NCBI GenBank assembly: GCA_964016885.1
Contig: OZ024741.1
Span: 46,004,001 to 46,068,000, forward strand
DNA from: Eledone cirrhosa
Taxonomy: Eukaryota
DNA: 64,000 nucleotides
Direction: 5' to 3'
How positions within the stretch are numbered: the first letter of the stretch is position 1; the number at the start of each line of letters is the position of its first letter. Shown here piece after piece: positions 59,837 through 64,000 of this stretch. The notes under the pieces are model-generated. The model saw only the letters and a list, made by a program, of their open reading frames with translations, searched no databases and had not been told where the DNA came from. Position numbers and translations under genes: made by a program.

Positions 59837-60291
59837 GAAACACACAGATACATCATAATGTATTTTTAACTCTGATACTGGTTCAGTCTGGTTCAAACTG
59901 AATTGGTCTGTCCCAGTCATTCATTGAGCAACATCGGTGAAGTTGGCACCCTTAACTCACAGTTGGGTGCGGATGCATTCATGTATATATGTGTGTGTCC
60001 GCATGTATCTGTGTGTTTCTAAATATATTAATAACTCCCTCTGGTCGAGCAATCTTTGAAGTGTGGGGACAACTGGAAAGCTTCCATTACTCATACTTCT
60101 CGCCTTCTTCACTACCTCTTCTACGGCCTCGATATGAATACCCCTTCCGCCTCCGTGGTATTTTCTTCGTGGTTATAAGAGGCTTAGCTCTGTTTCTCGA
60201 CCGTTATATCGCGTGACTATCTCCCCCTCCGCCTTTTGGGATTCTTTCTCACGTCGTGTAGACGCGTTCTTGAGACTAGTAAAATGAGGTA

Positions 60292-60379
60292 TCCTCTTGA
60301 TAAGTCGGCAGACCTCGCAAGGACTCTATATCTTTGATATATTGTTTTTGTTTATGCCACGAAACTACGTAGTCGAGGA
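60292..60379 (+). ncRNA. Hammerhead with U3-A8 core variant and long stem II
   Basis: TCCTC-TTGATAA-GTcGGCA...TGCCAC-GAAA-CTACGTAG-TC-GAGGA; perfect palindrome ACTACGTAGT, GUC triplet. Confidence 0.75.
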
Positions 60380-60448
60380 ATTTAGGAACAGTTTAGGTAT
60401 GATACATTTTATTACTAATTATATCTAAATGTTTCTTCTCTCTTCATA

Positions 60449-60480
<32 letters not shown>

Positions 60481-60482
<2 letters not shown>

Positions 60483-61950
60483 TTCGTTTCTGAATTTGTT
60501 TAGCAAGATTCTTTATCTGAAAACGTGTGTTGAAACCGATATTGTTATACTTTGGGAGGGTCATGTTGCCAATAAGAAACACACGCACCAGTTCCTTTCA
60601 CTTCAATTTATTATAATAAATTTATAAATTTAGGAATTTATAAATTTCCGGTTGGTTGGTTGGTTCCACAAACCCATGACTTCCAAATATCTGATCCACC
60701 GTAACTCAGCTGTTTCCGACCATACCAAAGTCAACATACTGATTGCGGATTTGGTACGGGTGATGAGAAACGTGTCCCGCATGTGCAACCACAAAGAACT
60801 AGAGAGACACATACAACACTTCATCCACCGTATGCAGTTCTCTGGTTACAATCAGAGAGATAAAATCAGAGTGTATAGAGGAGCCAGAACCAAATGGGCA
60901 AAAATGGTAAATAATGACACAAATCGGACCTGCCCCTTGTATAGGAGCAAATTTTGGAATAGAATAGAAAGAACTAGGAATAAGGCTAATAGAATAAACT
61001 CACGGTATGATAGCAATAAATACCAGAGTGTAATGTTCATCGATACAACCCCTAGAGGTGAATTAGCTTACAAATTTAGAAGGGCCCTAGATAAACATAA
61101 ACTCAATATTAAGATAGTAGAAAGACCAGCTACCTCCGTAAAAACACTTATTAGCAAGACATACCCTTTTCAAAGACCCCCCTGTATAGATAAGAAATGT
61201 ATAACCTGTAAATTAAGCCCCCATATTAACTGTAAAACTAGAAATGTAGTATATAGCATAAGATGTACTGAAGGACAAATATAGTGTACATAGGTGAGAC
61301 AGCTCGTAGTGTAGGGGAACGGAGAAACGAACACTGGCGAAACCTTCAAGATAGTAAAGAATCATCTGTTCTCTACCAACATGCTAAAATAGAACATAAG
61401 GGTAAATTAGAAAACATAGAAATAAAAATAGAATCTACACCTCAGAAAAGACGCAATGTTTAGACAAATCACAGAGGCAATAAACATAAAAGAATTACAA
61501 CCAAAATTAAATAGAAAACATGAGTGGAACAGCAACATCACAGCTTACAATTAAGGACAAAATGAAAACACACACGCACATAGAACAAACAACCAACCTG
61601 TAAAATGTAAGTAAACAAATAAATAAACGAATACTAACACACACAGACACCCGGATGTAACACATGCGCAGACTGAGCACACAACACACACACAGAAACA
61701 AGATGGCGTAGGAAAGAACAAAGGAGAGGCACAAAAACAAAGAAAAGAATCCCAGTCACTGAAGAGGTCACAGAATGTGTGACGAAAGAACTTTGACAAT
61801 ATATAAACAATCATCTGGTTGTGGAACCAACCAACCAACCGGAAATTTATAAATTCCTAAATTTATAAATTTATTATAATAAATTGAAGTGAAAGGAACT
61901 GTTGCGTGTGTTTCTTATTGGCAACATGAACCTCCCAAAGTATAACAATA
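60481..61950 (+). mobile_element. Second family A PLE copy: inverted pLTR piece (60481-60672), RT C-terminus + GIY-YIG (frameshifted), pLTR
   Basis: ORF 60652-61284 is nearly identical in protein to 3526-4420; pLTR 61555-61950 matches 5945-6360. Confidence 0.93.
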
Positions 61951-61959
61951 TATATATAT

Positions 61960-63065
61960 AAGAGAGTATTGAAGTTTGCTTGAAGCATTGTGGAATAATA
62001 AGTAAATATCTTTAAGTCGTTTGGAAGCCTCGACAATGCAAATGGGTAAATCTCCGGGTAACAAGATCCGGTGGTGGAGAGATAGATGTAAGTGGATGTA
62101 CGTTGAGATGCGTGGTGTGTATGAGATGTGATGAAGAATGAAGGAAAGAGTATAAAGGATAAAATAAAATAAAATAACAACACGAGAAAGAGTTACCTTG
62201 GGAGAGATTTAATAGTCCCTATATATTTCGGATTCACATCCATCAACTGGGGGTTTTTCCGGGGTGGGGGAAAGGTTGTCTGTCGGACAAGTGCGAAACG
62301 CGTCCTACGCTGTTTGTTGTTTTGAATATCTGAGGTATTCGGCAGAGCGCGCGTGCGCGTGAAATGGGGTCGGTCGGGCAGAGATCAGCGGCCGAATGAG
62401 GGAGTGGGGTGGCGCTAGCTGTCAGTCCATTCTCTGCCTGTTTGTTAAATGTTACTGTGTGTGTGTGTGCGTGTGTTGTTGTCTCGCTTGAGTGTGTGTG
62501 TGTGCGCGTGTGTTGTTGCCTTGTTCCTCTGTATTGGCAGTGTAGTATGTTCGTATGGTGGAATGCTACTGTGTGTGTGTGGGTGTGTGTGTGTAGTTGT
62601 CTCGTTTGTGTGTGTGTGCGTGTGTTGCTGCATCGTTTGTTAGCTTAAACCAGCCATCTCATTTCGCTTCTCTCTGATCGGTTGTTTATTTGCGGTTCCA
62701 GGCGTTTTATAAAAAGCGCTTCCTTGATACGTAACGTGCCGACATTTCTTTCAGTCGCTAAAATTGTGACAATGGGCCTTCCGTCTTTGTTTCCGCATTT
62801 GTTTATGTGTTTCCAGAAAGACGAGGCCCTGGTTTTAGTGTGTTCCTTGATCCGGATGTGCAAAGGTCGAATTGTGCTACCTATGTAGTATTGGTTGCAC
62901 CTGTCACATTCTAGAATGTGACAATGGGCCTTCCGTCTTTGTTTCCGCATTTGTCTATGTGTTTCCGGAAAGACGAGGCCCTGGTTTTATTGTGTTCCTT
63001 GATCCGAATGTGCAAAGGTCGGATTGTGCTACCTATGTAGTATTGGTTGCACCTGTCACATTCTA
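61960..63065 (-). mobile_element. Family B-related PLE 3' fragment: pLTR plus GIY-YIG C-terminus with a 152-bp tandem duplication
   Basis: ECDRCNQYYIGSTIRPLHIRIKEH occurs twice; EALFIKRLEPQIN C-terminus. Confidence 0.9.
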
Positions 63066-64000
63066 CCACCACCTCAACCTCTACCACCACCTCAACCTCT
63101 ACCACCACCTCAACCTCTACCACCACCTCAACCTCTACCACCACCTCAACCTCTACCACCACCTCTACCTCTACCACCACCTCTACCTCTACCACCACCT
63201 CAACCTCTACCACCACCTCAACCTCTACCACCACCTCAACCTCTACCACCACCTCAACCTCTACCACCACCTCAACCTCTACCACCACCTCTACCTCTAC
63301 CACCACCTCTACCTCTACCACCACCTCAACCTCTACCACCACCTCAACCTCTACCACCACCTCAACCTCTACCACCACCTCAACCTCTACCACCACCTCT
63401 ACCTCTACCACCACCTCAACCTCTACCACCACCTCAACCTCTACCACCACCTCAACCTCTACCACCACCTCTACCTCTACAACCACCTCAACCTTTACCA
63501 CCACCTCAACCTCTACCACCACCTTCACCTCTACCACCACCTCAACCTCTACCACCACCTCAACCTCTACCACCACCTCAACCTCTACCACCACCTCAAC
63601 CTCTACCACCACCTCAACCTCTACCACCACCTCTACCTCTACCACCACCTTCACCTCTACCACCACCTCTACCTCTACCACCACCTCAACCTCTACCACC
63701 ACCTTCACCTCTACCACCACCTCTACCTCTACCACCACCTTCACCTCTACCACCACCTCTACCTCTACCACCACCTTCACCTCTACCACCACCTCTACCG
63801 CTACCACCACCTTCACCTCTACCACCACCTCTACCTCTACCACCACCTCAACCTCTACCACCACCTCAACCTCTACCACCACCTCAACCTCTACCACCAC
63901 CTCTACCTCTACCACCACCTCAACCTCTACCACCACCTCAACCTCTACCACCACCTCAACCTCTACCACCACCTCTACCTCTACCACCACCTTCACCTCT
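63063..64000. repeat. 18-bp minisatellite (tctaccaccacctcaacc), running off the window
   Basis: Direct reading; source of the VEVVVE ORF. Confidence 0.98.

Noticed and set aside
62911-63996. 361-aa VEVVVE ORF fused to a GIY-YIG fragment
   Set aside because: A stop-free minisatellite in frame with a truncated PLE; no evidence for a real protein

Overview
Very AT-rich, repeat-saturated animal (eukaryotic) DNA with no intact protein-coding gene. The SINE types and the repeat landscape suggest an octopod or other cephalopod genome (inference). Most entries in the ORF track are artefacts of (TA)n, (CA)n and (GA)n microsatellites. Recognisable coding remnants are: Penelope-like elements (PLEs; RT plus GIY-YIG) of at least three families, a Dong/R4-type RLE LINE, a Tx1/L1-type LINE and an RTE-type LINE. 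Helitron-like and mariner-like non-autonomous elements and SINEs are also present. The main signal missing from the ORF track is that many short repeats between the (TA)n tracts carry minimal type I hammerhead ribozyme folds (stem I, CTGANGA, stem II, GAAA, often palindromic stem III, NUH, stem I'). I find about ten sequence-distinct families with intact or near-intact folds, plus decayed ones. They include 310-bp and about 517-bp retrozyme-like tandem arrays that flip orientation, families that keep the fold with different sequence, a U3-A8 core variant and a recurring CAGTTGA core. Four candidate minus-strand exons may belong to a host transcript. All folds and splice sites were read by eye and none was computed.
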